Origin: Gloeobacterales cyanobacterium
GTDB taxonomy: Bacteria > Cyanobacteriota > Cyanobacteriia > Gloeobacterales > PMM-0068
DNA length: 64,000 bases
Assembly: GCA_038245785.1 (NCBI GenBank)
Contig: JBBRSB010000025.1
Span: forward strand, 11,543 to 75,542
Direction of reading: 5' to 3'
Made by a program: the position numbers and the translations under genes. Shown one piece after another: positions 30,213 through 39,735 of the stretch (its first letter is position 1; every line of letters starts with the position of its first letter). Below the pieces are notes generated by a model. It was given only the letters and a program-made list of their open reading frames with translations, had not been told where the DNA came from and ran no database searches.

Positions 30213-30240
30213 ATGTTACAGATTATCGATAGCTTCCAAG

Positions 30241-30921
30241 TCAGCCTAAACCACTAAAGGGGAAAGAATAGGGAAGGGTGGGAGACAATCCAGGTAGACG
30301 CCAAACATAGATTTCCCCGTAGAAGGTAGCTTGCTCCATCGCTACTTTTTCCCCCGCAAAAAGCCCAGCAGTGAAGGCTCTTGCTCGGTCTCCAGCAAAA
30401 AGTCTCTCTGCTACTACATCTAGGGCCAATCTCTCCTCGTTGAGAAACAGGACAAGCGCTTCTGCATCTTCTCTGGGAGTTTCCTCATAGACTTTTTCGA
30501 GCCATTCTTTAAGACTGACTGGATGATATTTTTTGGTAGATTTCTCTTTCTCAGGCTTTTCTTCTAGAGCTGGAAAGGCGACAAAAGCAGGCGGATCGCA
30601 GAGGTCAACTAAGCTAGAGTGGTCCGTACTCTTGCGGGTAAGTTCAGAGAAAATATCCCAAATCTCTTGGCTGGTGGCAGCTTTCGGACCTTCGACCAGA
30701 ATCGTCCACTTGAGACGCCATAGTTTAGCGAGTTCGAGGATAGTATCTCCAGCATCCTCTAGATTCTCTGTTTGCCACTTAATCGCATCTATTCTGGTCA
30801 ATACCTCAGAGAAGGGTAATTCATCCCCTATCTCTATCTCCAGACTCATCAGATATTCTTTCAGGTCCTGGATCTGGTAGATCATGGATAGGGCATGGTC
30901 GGACGGGGCAATATCGCTCAT
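30241..30921 (-). CDS. Hypothetical protein; ScpA/segregation-like C-terminus possible
   Basis: Long acidic ORF ending in EQATFYGEIYVW. Start codon uncertain. Confidence 0.5.
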   Translation of the reverse strand: MSDIAPSDHALSMIYQIQDLKEYLMSLEIEIGDELPFSEVLTRIDAIKWQTENLEDAGDTILELAKLWRLKWTILVEGPKAATSQEIWDIFSELTRKSTDHSSLVDLCDPPAFVAFPALEEKPEKEKSTKKYHPVSLKEWLEKVYEETPREDAEALVLFLNEERLALDVVAERLFAGDRARAFTAGLFAGEKVAMEQATFYGEIYVWRLPGLSPTLPYSFPFSGLG

Positions 30922-31684
30922 GAGCGAATCGGGTTTGTTCGAGAATTGTGATGTTGAACTCACTGAGTACCCCCTCAATCCATTTTTTAATCGGCTTCGG
31001 CCCTACTCCAAAAAAATGCTTAGTTCTCTGGTCGATGCGATAGCGGTTAGACCATAGTTCTACACTAGCGGAGTGAGAGACGCCATCCACCCGGCCATTG
31101 CTGGTGTAAATCTGAGCAAACCCCACCAGCCGGAATTTGGTCAGTTTATTGTTTTCTGGCAACTCCTCTAGTTGGCTCTGCTCTTCATTCCGCTCAAATA
31201 TCCGGAGTAGTTCCTTACGGTACTGAGCATCGGTCTCGGTTTCTTCTGTGGAGCATTGGAGGTCGATAATCAAATGCTCAAGAAGCTGGAGAAACTTCTC
31301 AAATTCAGAGGGTTCCAGGTCTCCGTTCTCTACCCAGGTGGAACCCCTTTTTTGGAGGACGGGCAGAGCGCGGTTCAGTTTGACCGCATCGAGCCATTTC
31401 ATTTCCTGGGGAAGAATAGCTTTTACTTCTTCTACCTTGGAAACCGTCCGCTGGTCACGGTATCGTTGTAGACGTTTGAGGCGATTTTTAGCGTCATAGC
31501 GCCTGTTGTAGCATTTGGAATCATCCCAGCAGGAATATTTCAGTTTGGCTTCGGCAGCCTTGATTTTGCAGCAGGCTTGGCAGGGGAAATTGGCTTTTTT
31601 CTTGCGGGCATGGGGGAGGACCTGGACCCCTTGGCTTGAAGTAAGGATGTTGGGGGATTCAGCTTTGGATATGGGGTCATTCAT
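30821..31684 (-). CDS. Hypothetical Cys-cluster protein divergent from the tyrosine recombinase
   Basis: CQACC...CWDDSKCYNRRY and C-terminal CPVRPCPIH. ATG at 31684. Confidence 0.6.
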   Translation of the reverse strand: MNDPISKAESPNILTSSQGVQVLPHARKKKANFPCQACCKIKAAEAKLKYSCWDDSKCYNRRYDAKNRLKRLQRYRDQRTVSKVEEVKAILPQEMKWLDAVKLNRALPVLQKRGSTWVENGDLEPSEFEKFLQLLEHLIIDLQCSTEETETDAQYRKELLRIFERNEEQSQLEELPENNKLTKFRLVGFAQIYTSNGRVDGVSHSASVELWSNRYRIDQRTKHFFGVGPKPIKKWIEGVLSEFNITILEQTRFAHERYCPVRPCPIHDLPDPGPERISDESGDRDRG

Positions 31685-31933
31685 AGCTTGTCTGTTTAGG
31701 AGTTTCAGGCAGTTGAGGCTTTCTGGGAGTGATAATTTTGGAGGTGACACGCCATCCAAAATCGTGTGATTCACAGCAGAATTTACAGTTAAAAACTCAA
31801 TATAAAGCTGAATTATATCGGATATTTGTCGGAGAAATTGGAGACCGGACCAAGGTAAATAGTTGGTTATGAGAAGCGGTATTCTCAACACTATCTGCTA
31901 ATATTATGCACAACTGTTCATATTTTATTTTCA

Positions 31934-32890
31934 ATGAGTATTTCTACTCAAATCCAATACATTCCCGCTCGTAAAGCTTCTTTGGATCTGCTCCAAGATG
32001 TTTCCCTAAACAGGCATCCCGTTGTCGTTTATCTGGCTCGTCTATCCCCTGGTTCCGTCCGGACCATGCTCGGTGCCCTGAATACGATGGCCGAAATCCT
32101 CAGTTCTGGTCGTCACCATGCCCTTACCCTTGATTGGTCTCAGATTACCCACCATGAAACAGACCTCCTAGCCAGCCAATTGAGACTCCGATACGCACCC
32201 GCTACCGTCAATAAATTCCAGGCCGCGCTCAAGGGTTGCTTAAAACAATACTGGCGGTCTGGAATGATAACGGACCAGCAATATCATCGGGCCGTTGATG
32301 TTCCTTCTGCCCGTGGCACAAGTCCCCCCAAAGGACGAGCCCTTAGAGAGGAAGAAATCCAGACCCTCTTTGCCTATTGCGCTGGGGATACCCCCTGTCA
32401 AATCCGCGACCGTGCACTCCTCGCTATCCTCTACGGAGGGGGTCTGCGTCGGGCTGAAGCTGCTGCTGCGATGGTGGAAGATTATGACCTTGTGACCGGA
32501 GCCCTCAAAATAATGCATGGGAAGGGGGACAAATACCGGATGGTCTACCTTGCAGGGAACCTTCATCTCAGTCTAGTTCGCTGGTTAGACCTGCGCAGTC
32601 CTATCCCAGGCCCTCTGTTGCTGAGAGTAAAAGGGGGTCAGGTTCTGCCCTATCCGATAACCCCCCAAGCTATTTTGAAGATTCTCCAAAGATTGGCTGA
32701 AAAAACTGAAGTAGACAGTTTCTCCCCCCATGATTTGAGGCGGACTTTCATTACCGAATTGATTGCCCGAGGAGGGGATCTGTTCTCTGTCCAGGGCCTC
32801 GCGGGACATGCCGACGTTAAAACTACAGCACGCTATGACCGAAGGGGAGAAGAAGCTAAGCGGAAGACCGCAGCGCTCCTCGATGTATAA
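31934..32890 (+). CDS. Tyrosine recombinase (XerC/D-like, not IntI)
   Basis: Catalytic residues R (LYGGGLRRAE), K (HGKGDK), HxxR (PHDLRRT), H (LAGHAD) and Y (TTARYD). No IntI-specific insertion between the K and HxxR motifs. Confidence 0.93.
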   Translation: MSISTQIQYIPARKASLDLLQDVSLNRHPVVVYLARLSPGSVRTMLGALNTMAEILSSGRHHALTLDWSQITHHETDLLASQLRLRYAPATVNKFQAALKGCLKQYWRSGMITDQQYHRAVDVPSARGTSPPKGRALREEEIQTLFAYCAGDTPCQIRDRALLAILYGGGLRRAEAAAAMVEDYDLVTGALKIMHGKGDKYRMVYLAGNLHLSLVRWLDLRSPIPGPLLLRVKGGQVLPYPITPQAILKILQRLAEKTEVDSFSPHDLRRTFITELIARGGDLFSVQGLAGHADVKTTARYDRRGEEAKRKTAALLDV

Positions 32891-33155
32891 AGGGCTAAAG
32901 ATAGCGTTGATAACGGTAAATTGAGTTTCCATGCCCCAGACCTAGCTGTATTGCTAGCCGAGCATACACTGAGTATATTTACCCGATTTGATTACGCGAA
33001 CGCCTAGATAAATTGTATCGAACTACACATACGTTTCTAGTTTGTCTCCAGTACCGTATACCTAGTTTTCTCAATATTAATTACATAAATACCTGTCTGT
33101 GCTGTCTATCCTTACAACTCGAGTGATATTTTCCCCTTGGAGATATCCAGAAGCT

Positions 33156-33174
33156 GTCTAATCACTGGTTAGGC
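33156..33174 (+). other. attI-like simple recombination site
   Basis: GTCTAAT-CACTG-GTTAGGC, i.e. L box, 5-bp spacer, GTTRRRY R box. The R box is the exact complement of the R'' (GCCTAAC) of the first attC. Confidence 0.65.
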
Positions 33175-33286
33175 TAGAGAAATGTTCAGGTGCCTCGTGA
33201 AATTCATCGTAATTCACAGATATTCCGATGACCTAAATTCGATTCCGTAGCTACCTTGTCGATTCTTTCTTATAGTGAGACTAACA

Positions 33287-34075
33287 ATGGCAAATCCAAA
33301 TGTAGCGTTCTATGTGACAGCCCATCAGGACGACTGGCAGTTCTTCCGTGGCGAACAGGCTTACCAAGACTTGACTACAGGCGACACGAGGATAGTTTTC
33401 ATCTACACGACTGCCGGCGACGACAAGATGCTTCCTGGCTGGTGGGAGGCCAGAGAGAAAGGGGCCATTGCTTCGATTCGCAAAGCGATTCCAGCAGCAC
33501 CCTTATTGTTCAATACGGCGGACATTAACGGACACCGAATCGCAAAATTTAGCTGCGGCAACAGCGTCAGTTATTGTCTTCGCCTTCCAGACAATGATGC
33601 CCCCAACTCCCTTGAGAACTTAAGGGCGGGAGTTATTAGCTCACTCCGTTCTGTCGACGATTCAGCGGTCTACAGAGACTGGGAGGACTTTGTATTTACA
33701 CTCAAAGCAATCCTGGCCATTGAAACACTGGGAGGGAACAACGCTCATCCGTGGGTTAATGCACCCGATTACAACGCCACAAGAAATCCCGGCGACCACG
33801 CTGACCACAAGGCAACCGCAGACGCCCTACAAACGTTCGTCTCAGAATTTTACAACCGAGCTTGGTGGGCAACGTATGATACCAGCAATAGGTCGCCCAA
33901 TCTGTCGGGATCTCGTCTGGCTCAGAAGCGTGCAATGTTTGATGCCTACTCGAACGAGGTACTCTCCCAGACGACCGCAAATGGTGTTCCACACAGTCCC
34001 AATGAAACCGAATGGAATTGGTGGGGAGATAAGAGTTACGTTACGCTCAGAGCTTTTAATACTGATGATGATTAA
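33287..34075 (+). CDS. PIG-L/LmbE-like deacetylase (gene cassette 1)
   Basis: VTAHQDDW, YTTAGD, REKGA, RLPD and DHADH metal-binding motifs. Followed by an attC site. Confidence 0.8.
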   Translation: MANPNVAFYVTAHQDDWQFFRGEQAYQDLTTGDTRIVFIYTTAGDDKMLPGWWEAREKGAIASIRKAIPAAPLLFNTADINGHRIAKFSCGNSVSYCLRLPDNDAPNSLENLRAGVISSLRSVDDSAVYRDWEDFVFTLKAILAIETLGGNNAHPWVNAPDYNATRNPGDHADHKATADALQTFVSEFYNRAWWATYDTSNRSPNLSGSRLAQKRAMFDAYSNEVLSQTTANGVPHSPNETEWNWWGDKSYVTLRAFNTDDD

Positions 34076-34173
34076 TCGCGACTTAGGCAATTTTGCCGGT
34101 GGATAGACAAACAGAGCCGTAGCCGTTGGGGTGCGGAACGAACCCCGCAATTTCCAACCAACAAAACAAACTG

Positions 34174-34242
34174 GCCTAACAAACCGTTCGAGCGGACGCG
34201 GGCGATAAAGTCGCCCGCGTCCGCTCAACGCTGGCGTTAGAC
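34174..34242 (+). other. attC site (69 bp)
   Basis: GCCTAAC...CGTT(C)GAGCGGACGCGGGCGA-TAAAG-TCGCCCGCGTCCGCTCAACG...GTTAGAC: RYYYAAC and GTTRRRY ends around a long palindrome with one extrahelical base. Confidence 0.92.
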
Positions 34243-34343
34243 CGCCTAAGGTGCCTGTAAGGACTTAGCCAAAGGATATTTGTGGAGTGCTCGGTTCAAG
34301 TCACGAAGTTATAGAATTACCATCATTATGGCTGGGAAAAATT

Positions 34344-35687
34344 ATGGCTGGGAAAAAGCTCCTGCACTTTATTAGCAAAGTGGCCACTTTTCTGTTTGCT
34401 TTGCTATTTACTTTAAATTACTTGAGTTCTAACGCTCAGGCTCAGGTTAGTGATGCAGACCTAATTCAACTACGCTCAAGTATTCATTCATGGGCTAGGG
34501 ATTTTGTTTGCGAGGGTATTACACCTACCAAAAAACCCAGCAACTGCCCAGACAAAGGCGGCCCAGATAACGGTGGTTCTGAGGTTGGCGACTCAATATT
34601 ATTTAGCTCACTCCTTTGCTACAGCGTTGAAAACTGGGCATGCCAAAATATTCCTGCATCTAAGGATGAGCAAGGTGGTATGTGGAGATCACCGCAGAGA
34701 CTACGTAGTCGGAGCGATGGAAGCTGGGGTAATGCCCGCTTTTCACAAGACCACATGATAGGTGTTTTGTTATATCTGGTGACTGAGTACAACAGAGGAA
34801 ATGTTGAGTCGGCTCGATCCTTCGCCAATCACTGGGGATCTTGGATGGCTAATCATCTTTCACAAGGTGAGTTCTCTCTGTGTGATTGGGATTGGACTGA
34901 CCTAGAGGCGATGGATTCATGTGCTTTGGAGGGCGACATTTTTGGTGCTCGTGCCGCGATGATTCGGCGAGTCTTCGACCATATTGGAGCCAATTCGCCT
35001 GAAAGGCGTTGGCGAGTTGGTGGAATTATTCCAACTTGGAGATCATATCGTCTCGGTGATAGACGTGATCCTCATGATTATCTTGGTTATCTAAATAATA
35101 TTTGTGCTTTGGCTCCAAGCAGGGGTAAGAAATTTAATTGTCACTTGCCGAGTGTCACTTCTTTGATCTTTCAAGAAATGGGAGATAACCAGAGGTTAGG
35201 GAGTATAGATGAAGGATTTAGAGAAAATCCATTTGTCTTGTGGGTAAACAACGGTCGGCAAGCAAACAATCAAATTCGTAAGCTCACGTTAGATCGCTGT
35301 ACAGTTGCTGATGCAGCTCATAGAAGTGGAAGTAATACACACCAACAATGGGCTTGGGAACGTTCTCAATTTGAAGCCACACCGCCTTGGAGAAACTCCT
35401 TCGGTTGGGATTGTGTTACGATGATTAATTTGCTAAAGCCAAACCCCTCAGTACGAGCACATCAAGTTATCGGTAATAGTGGCTGGACTGGGTCTATTGC
35501 TGTTGATGATGGATATGTTTACCTGGCAACAAGTGAAGGACAGTTGAGAAGGGGTAGAATTTCCTCTTCAGTTGTAACTGAACTAATTGGCAATGGTGGC
35601 TGGATTGGGTCTATTGCTGTTGATGATGGATATGTTTACCTGGCAACAAGTGAAGGACGGTTGCTGCGTGGGCGTGTTAATCCCTAA
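34344..35687 (+). CDS. Secreted hypothetical protein with two C-terminal ~39-aa repeats (gene cassette 2)
   Basis: Signal peptide ending in AQA, a Cys/Trp-rich core, and the repeat IGNxGWxGSIAVDDGYVYLATSEG twice. Confidence 0.75.
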   Translation: MAGKKLLHFISKVATFLFALLFTLNYLSSNAQAQVSDADLIQLRSSIHSWARDFVCEGITPTKKPSNCPDKGGPDNGGSEVGDSILFSSLLCYSVENWACQNIPASKDEQGGMWRSPQRLRSRSDGSWGNARFSQDHMIGVLLYLVTEYNRGNVESARSFANHWGSWMANHLSQGEFSLCDWDWTDLEAMDSCALEGDIFGARAAMIRRVFDHIGANSPERRWRVGGIIPTWRSYRLGDRRDPHDYLGYLNNICALAPSRGKKFNCHLPSVTSLIFQEMGDNQRLGSIDEGFRENPFVLWVNNGRQANNQIRKLTLDRCTVADAAHRSGSNTHQQWAWERSQFEATPPWRNSFGWDCVTMINLLKPNPSVRAHQVIGNSGWTGSIAVDDGYVYLATSEGQLRRGRISSSVVTELIGNGGWIGSIAVDDGYVYLATSEGRLLRGRVNP

Positions 35688-35820
35688 AAGTGTTTAGGAT
35701 CGCAAACAAAATAACATCCTCATTTCAAAACCTAAATATGTTGCGGTGGGCGAAGTTCGTCGTAACGTATTTGGGTTTTATTTAATTTGTGATCCTTACA
35801 GCAATTACTAGTCGTGTGCG

Positions 35821-35895
35821 GTCTAACAACCTGGCTGGAGCGGACTGTTGAGGGATATTGGTGTTACTTGCAGCCGCTCAGCCAGAACGTTAGCC
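35821..35895 (+). other. attC site (75 bp)
   Basis: GTCTAAC...CTGGCTG(G)AGCGG(A)CTG...CAGCCGCTCAGCCAG...GTTAGCC with two extrahelical bases. Its R'' GTCTAAC complements the GTTAGAC at the cassette's 5' end. Confidence 0.9.
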
Positions 35896-36012
35896 GCTAC
35901 GCCTCTATCCGTCTTTCTGCTTCGTTTTGAGTCTTTTTGGTTGACTCGTTTGTAGATTTTACATAAGGGCACCTCGAAAAATTGATTTGACTCCCAAAAT
36001 CGATGGCTGAAA

Positions 36013-36444
36013 GGGGTTGTAAGCCCAAACCGGCGGAATTTGTCCAGCTCACCAAAAGTCAGGCTTTTGAACTGCCCCCTGCTTGTGCAGTTCGCCGACC
36101 ATCTGAGCACCACTATGCACTCCACGGATTGATGATGGCGACGCCGGACGCTTCGAAGGGGGCCGCGTGATGCCACGATGAAGCCCCGCGAGGCTGCAAT
36201 TGCGGCGATGTACCCATCAGGCGTTGGGAAGCCTCGCCCGCTAGTCTTGGCCATCACGACCAGCTCGGCATAGCGCCGTGCTGCACTGGTGTCGAATGGC
36301 AGCACCTGCACTTCCTTGGACACTAAGCATTCCGCGACAAACGGAGACCGATTGATTTGGAAGCTATTTTGGCTGAGATTGACTGGGAGTAGCTAACGAT
36401 TTGGCCTGTTTGGACGAATTCCGCCGGTTTGGGCTTACAACGCC
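36013..36444. mobile_element. Non-autonomous element bounded by Tn3-family-like inverted repeats
   Basis: Left end GGGGTTGTAAGCCCAAACCGGCGGAATTTGTCCA; right end reverse complement GGCGTTGTAAGCCCAAACCGGCGGAATTCGTCCA (30/31 identical core). No transposase and no 5-bp target duplication. Confidence 0.7.
36110..36311 (-). pseudogene. VapC/PIN toxin C-terminal fragment
   Basis: VLPFDTSAARRYAELVVMAKTSGRGFPTPDGYIAAIAASRGFIVASR, after which the frame degenerates. Confidence 0.75.
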
Positions 36445-36769
36445 GGCTACCACCAATAAACACATCAACGCCCTCCGTGGGTGCCTGAAAGAATGCTGGA
36501 AAATGGATCTTATCGACACGAAGGATTATCACAAGGCCATCGATCTGAAGAGAGTCCGTGCCACCACCTTGCCCAAAGGACGAGCACTTGCACATGAGGG
36601 GATTACTGCTCTATTGGTCGTTTGTGATGGCGATGAACCTTTCCAGGTGCGGGATAGCGCACTACTTGCATTACTTTATGGTTGTGGGTTGCGTCGGGCA
36701 GAAGTTGTTGCTATCCAAGTGGAGCACTACAGTCCTGTCACGCTGACACTCAGCTCACCCAGAAGATGA
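36445..36769 (+). pseudogene. Internal fragment of a second tyrosine recombinase, paralogous to 31934..32890
   Basis: ATTNKHINALRGCLKECWK...LPKGRAL...RDSALLALLYGCGLRRAE. The 5' end is cut at the IR, and the K/HxxR/Y region is missing. Confidence 0.85.
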
Positions 36770-36832
36770 GCAAGTTCTGACTACACGTGCGATAGAGTAT
36801 CTATAGAGATAAACCATTAAGAGTATTCACTC

Positions 36833-37390
36833 ATGGTTACCACAGCTCAATCACTGACTTTAGGCGAGTTCCTAAAGCTTCCAGAGACTGAACCAGCCTC
36901 AGAATTTACTAATGGAGAAATTATCCAAAAACCTATGCCACAGGGAGAACATAGCCGTTTGCAGGTCAAACTCTGCACGGTCATTAATCAAGCCGCCGAG
37001 ACTTCCAAAATTGCCTATGCTTTTTCAGAGCTTCGCTGTACCTTTGCCAATAACTCGATCGTTCCTGATGTAGCGGTCTTCCGTTGGCAGAGAATTCCTG
37101 TAGAGCCTTCAGGTAGGATCGCTAACCGTTTTGAGATTCATCCAGATTGGGCCATCGAGATTCTTTCGCCAGACCAACGGCCAACGAAAGTGCTGGAGAA
37201 ACTGTTGCACTGCTCTCAACAAGGCACGGAACTAGGCTGGCTCATAGACCCGGAAGAAGAGAGCATCCTCATTGTGTTTCCGAACCAACGGATAGAACTG
37301 CTTAGAGGACCTGCGGTATTACCGATTTTGAGTGGGATTGATGTGACGCTAACCGCTGCACAAGTTTTTAGCTGGTTGAAGTTCAGCTAA
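36833..37390 (+). CDS. Uma2-family endonuclease
   Basis: LTLGEFLKLPETEPASEF...PMPQGEHS...IVPDVAV...PDWAIEILSP...GWLIDP. Confidence 0.92.
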   Translation: MVTTAQSLTLGEFLKLPETEPASEFTNGEIIQKPMPQGEHSRLQVKLCTVINQAAETSKIAYAFSELRCTFANNSIVPDVAVFRWQRIPVEPSGRIANRFEIHPDWAIEILSPDQRPTKVLEKLLHCSQQGTELGWLIDPEEESILIVFPNQRIELLRGPAVLPILSGIDVTLTAAQVFSWLKFS

Positions 37391-37415
37391 ATTCTCGTCA
37401 TGAACGGCTACAATC

Positions 37416-37459
37416 ATGCACAATTGTTCATATCTATACTCCATGAGTATTTCTACTCA
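37416..37459 (+). repeat. Copy of the recombinase leader and first codons (31906-31950)
   Basis: atgcacaattgttcatatctatactccATGAGTATTTCTACTCA versus atgcacaactgttcatattttattttcaATGAGTATTTCTACTCA. Confidence 0.7.
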
Positions 37460-37712
37460 GTTAGCTGCCCCTGACCTCTTCATTGAATTGACTAGTTGCA
37501 TAAGTTTTAGCTATCAGTCCTGAAAACCCACGGACTATATGCGCGTAGTTGCATAGGTCGTGGCAAAAGTGAGAATGTCGCCCTTGAAATGACAACCATC
37601 ATCACCCTCAATGCCCTCCTCTATAATCTTTAGAGTTAATTGTAACAACCCATCTATTGACATAGATGTTTTATCTTATCGCCTATACCCCGTACCTGAT
37701 ATGCTCTTAGGC

Positions 37713-38396
37713 ATGAAATTGGTTGGCTACATCCGGGTTTCCACTTCCGGGCAAGAGGACAATACCTCGCTCACAGAGCAGCGTAGACGCATTCAGTCAT
37801 ACTGTGACGCCTTCGGGCACGAACTTTTCTATGTCTTTGAAGAAGTAGGGAGTGGCAAAGATGCGAAGAGCCGTCCACAATTTCAGTCCGCCTTAGAAAT
37901 GGTTCGTACTTCTGCCGATGGCATAGTCGCTTTGAAGTTGGACCGGATTGCTCGAAACACGCGCGATGTTCTAGAGCTGGTAGAAGACATTCTGCAACCA
38001 AACGACAAGGCCCTGGTCCTTCTCGACATCCAGGTGGATACCAGCACTCCAACCGGACGCATGATCCTCACCGTCATGGCTGCGGTGGCTCAGCTAGAAC
38101 GCGATGTAATCAAGGAACGCACGCAGGGGGGGCGCAGAGCGAAGGCATCCTCCGGGGGGTTTGCTTTTGGCGCTCCGCCCTTTGGACAGCACAGCCTTGA
38201 GGGGCAGCTCCACCCCAATCAGCCAGAGGCGCAGGTCATCGACCTTATCCGCAAGCATCACAAGTCTGGCAAGTCTTTCCAGCAAATTGCTATCTGGCTC
38301 AATGCGCAGGGATACTTGCCCAAACGTGGCGGGAGCTGGCACAGTCAGACCGTTCAGAGGGTCATAGAGCGTTTCTATAAAATAAGGGTCGGGTAA
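37713..38396 (+). CDS. Serine recombinase (resolvase domain plus C-terminal recombinase/HTH region)
   Basis: MKLVGYIRVST, EEVGSG...RPQF, KLDRIARN, DTSTPTGRMILTVMAAVAQLER. ATG at 37713. Confidence 0.92.
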   Translation: MKLVGYIRVSTSGQEDNTSLTEQRRRIQSYCDAFGHELFYVFEEVGSGKDAKSRPQFQSALEMVRTSADGIVALKLDRIARNTRDVLELVEDILQPNDKALVLLDIQVDTSTPTGRMILTVMAAVAQLERDVIKERTQGGRRAKASSGGFAFGAPPFGQHSLEGQLHPNQPEAQVIDLIRKHHKSGKSFQQIAIWLNAQGYLPKRGGSWHSQTVQRVIERFYKIRVG

Positions 38397-38452
38397 CTTG
38401 AAGAAAGTCCTAGACCGTTGGGTTGCCCTCCGGAGGAATGCTCCTGGTCCCT

Positions 38453-39135
38453 TATTTTGTCCAGCTTTTCGCTCTAGTGGCTCGTCAATTCCAGGGCCAA
38501 AGGTATATTCAGCTCCTGTTTCGCTGATGAGGTCATCACCATCGTAGAGATAGGTCTTCGTCTGTCCATTAACCGTTTTGCTCGTTCTATGACCCATCAC
38601 ATCATAGGTAAATGAAGCTGTAAATCCAGGGCCACTCAAGCTAACTAATCGGTCTCTGGCGTCCCAAACCGGATTGTTTATGGTCTGGTTGCCATTCGGA
38701 TCATGGCTAATGGCCTTTCCATTCAAACTGGTATAGCGATTGGTAGAATCGACGGTAGCATTGGTGGTTGCCGTTTCTTGAGGTTCAGGAGCAGTATCAC
38801 CTGAATAGGAGGTTCTTCTGTTTATCTCGTCATAGCCATAGACTAAATCTCTCAGGACGGTGCTGCCCTTGCTGTACTTCATCTCCGTCAAACGGCCCGC
38901 CGCATCATAGTTATAGGCTGCACTCACCCCATTAGGTAAAGTCATGCCAACTCTGCGGTCTAGAGCATCGTAATTAAATCCAAAATTCTCAGAACCTTCC
39001 GTTATTGCTGTCAGACGGTTATTGTCGTCATAAGAGTAGTTCAGGGTTCTTTGGTTATTGACCTTCAGGCTGGTTCTACGGCCTATTACGTCGTAGGCAT
39101 AGTTACGTTTTAGTCATCCGATTGAGGATGTCATA
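38453..39135 (-). pseudogene. RHS core remnant with no toxin tip
   Basis: YD repeats closely similar to the other cores. It ends after PLERKAGQN, before the DPxG cleavage motif, and has an internal deletion junction near 39105. Confidence 0.85.
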
Positions 39136-39214
39136 GCACAAATATGACCTCCTCAGTCGATCGAGAGGGAGAAGATTCTCTCATTTCAATAAGTGTAAAA
39201 CAGCGTTGATTCAA

Positions 39215-39685
39215 TCATTGGAAACGTTTTGAAAGTCCTTCTAAAACTCCTCTGGCAGCAACTAACGGATCGACCCCATCGTTTCTGTAAATACTGCACG
39301 AGGCCATATCTTCAGGGAAACCAAACTCGGCATATAGATCCTGAAGCTCAGAAATTTTTTCTTCTACTGAACTTTCTTTCTGCAATAACAACGAAATATG
39401 CGCAAACCGCCATTTCTCAGTGGCCTCAAATTTCTTCTCTTCCGACAGAGGTTGTCCATGCGTTTCAAGAAAATGAAGCCCCGTTGAAATCAGATCTTCT
39501 TCAAAGCAGCTTTCTCCCGTTGCAAGGGTCACTAAGTCACCATCTATTTCACTAGTAACTTGCCCTAGAACAGCCTCAGCATAGTCGATCAGACTTTTTT
39601 TTTCGCACCACCCATGCTCTAACCCAACTAGCAAAGTGTGCCAATCCAGCAGACTTGTTTGCTTCATAACATCAATGACGGACAA
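39215..39685 (-). CDS. Putative immunity protein (DUF2247-like)
   Basis: Directly downstream of a toxin tip. W..LLVGL..GW...IDYA...EKWRF...LYAEFGFPEDM pattern. Confidence 0.75.
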   Translation of the reverse strand: MSVIDVMKQTSLLDWHTLLVGLEHGWCEKKSLIDYAEAVLGQVTSEIDGDLVTLATGESCFEEDLISTGLHFLETHGQPLSEEKKFEATEKWRFAHISLLLQKESSVEEKISELQDLYAEFGFPEDMASCSIYRNDGVDPLVAARGVLEGLSKRFQ

Positions 39686-39735
39686 GGCTTATTCCTCCAG
39701 GGTTACTAATGAAATAACTTACATGGCTTATTCCT

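Noticed and set aside
31934..32890. Calling the recombinase intI
   Set aside because: It lacks the IntI-specific insertion, has atypical orientation relative to the array, and ends in the TTARYDRR motif of plasmid Xer-like enzymes.
34117..34150. REP-like GTAG plus hairpin before the first attC
   Set aside because: It is a single imperfect copy with no RAYT gene nearby, and could simply be a terminator.
35823..36769. ORFs 35823..36323, 36323..36595 and 36401..36769 as intact genes
   Set aside because: They are chimeric readings across a VapC fragment, the inverted repeats (both translate as FRRFGLTTP), an attC site and a recombinase fragment.
38094..38452. C-terminal 'toxin' of ORF 38094..38945
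   Set aside because: It is read-through of a truncated RHS core into the antisense strand of the serine recombinase, with no DPxG motif.
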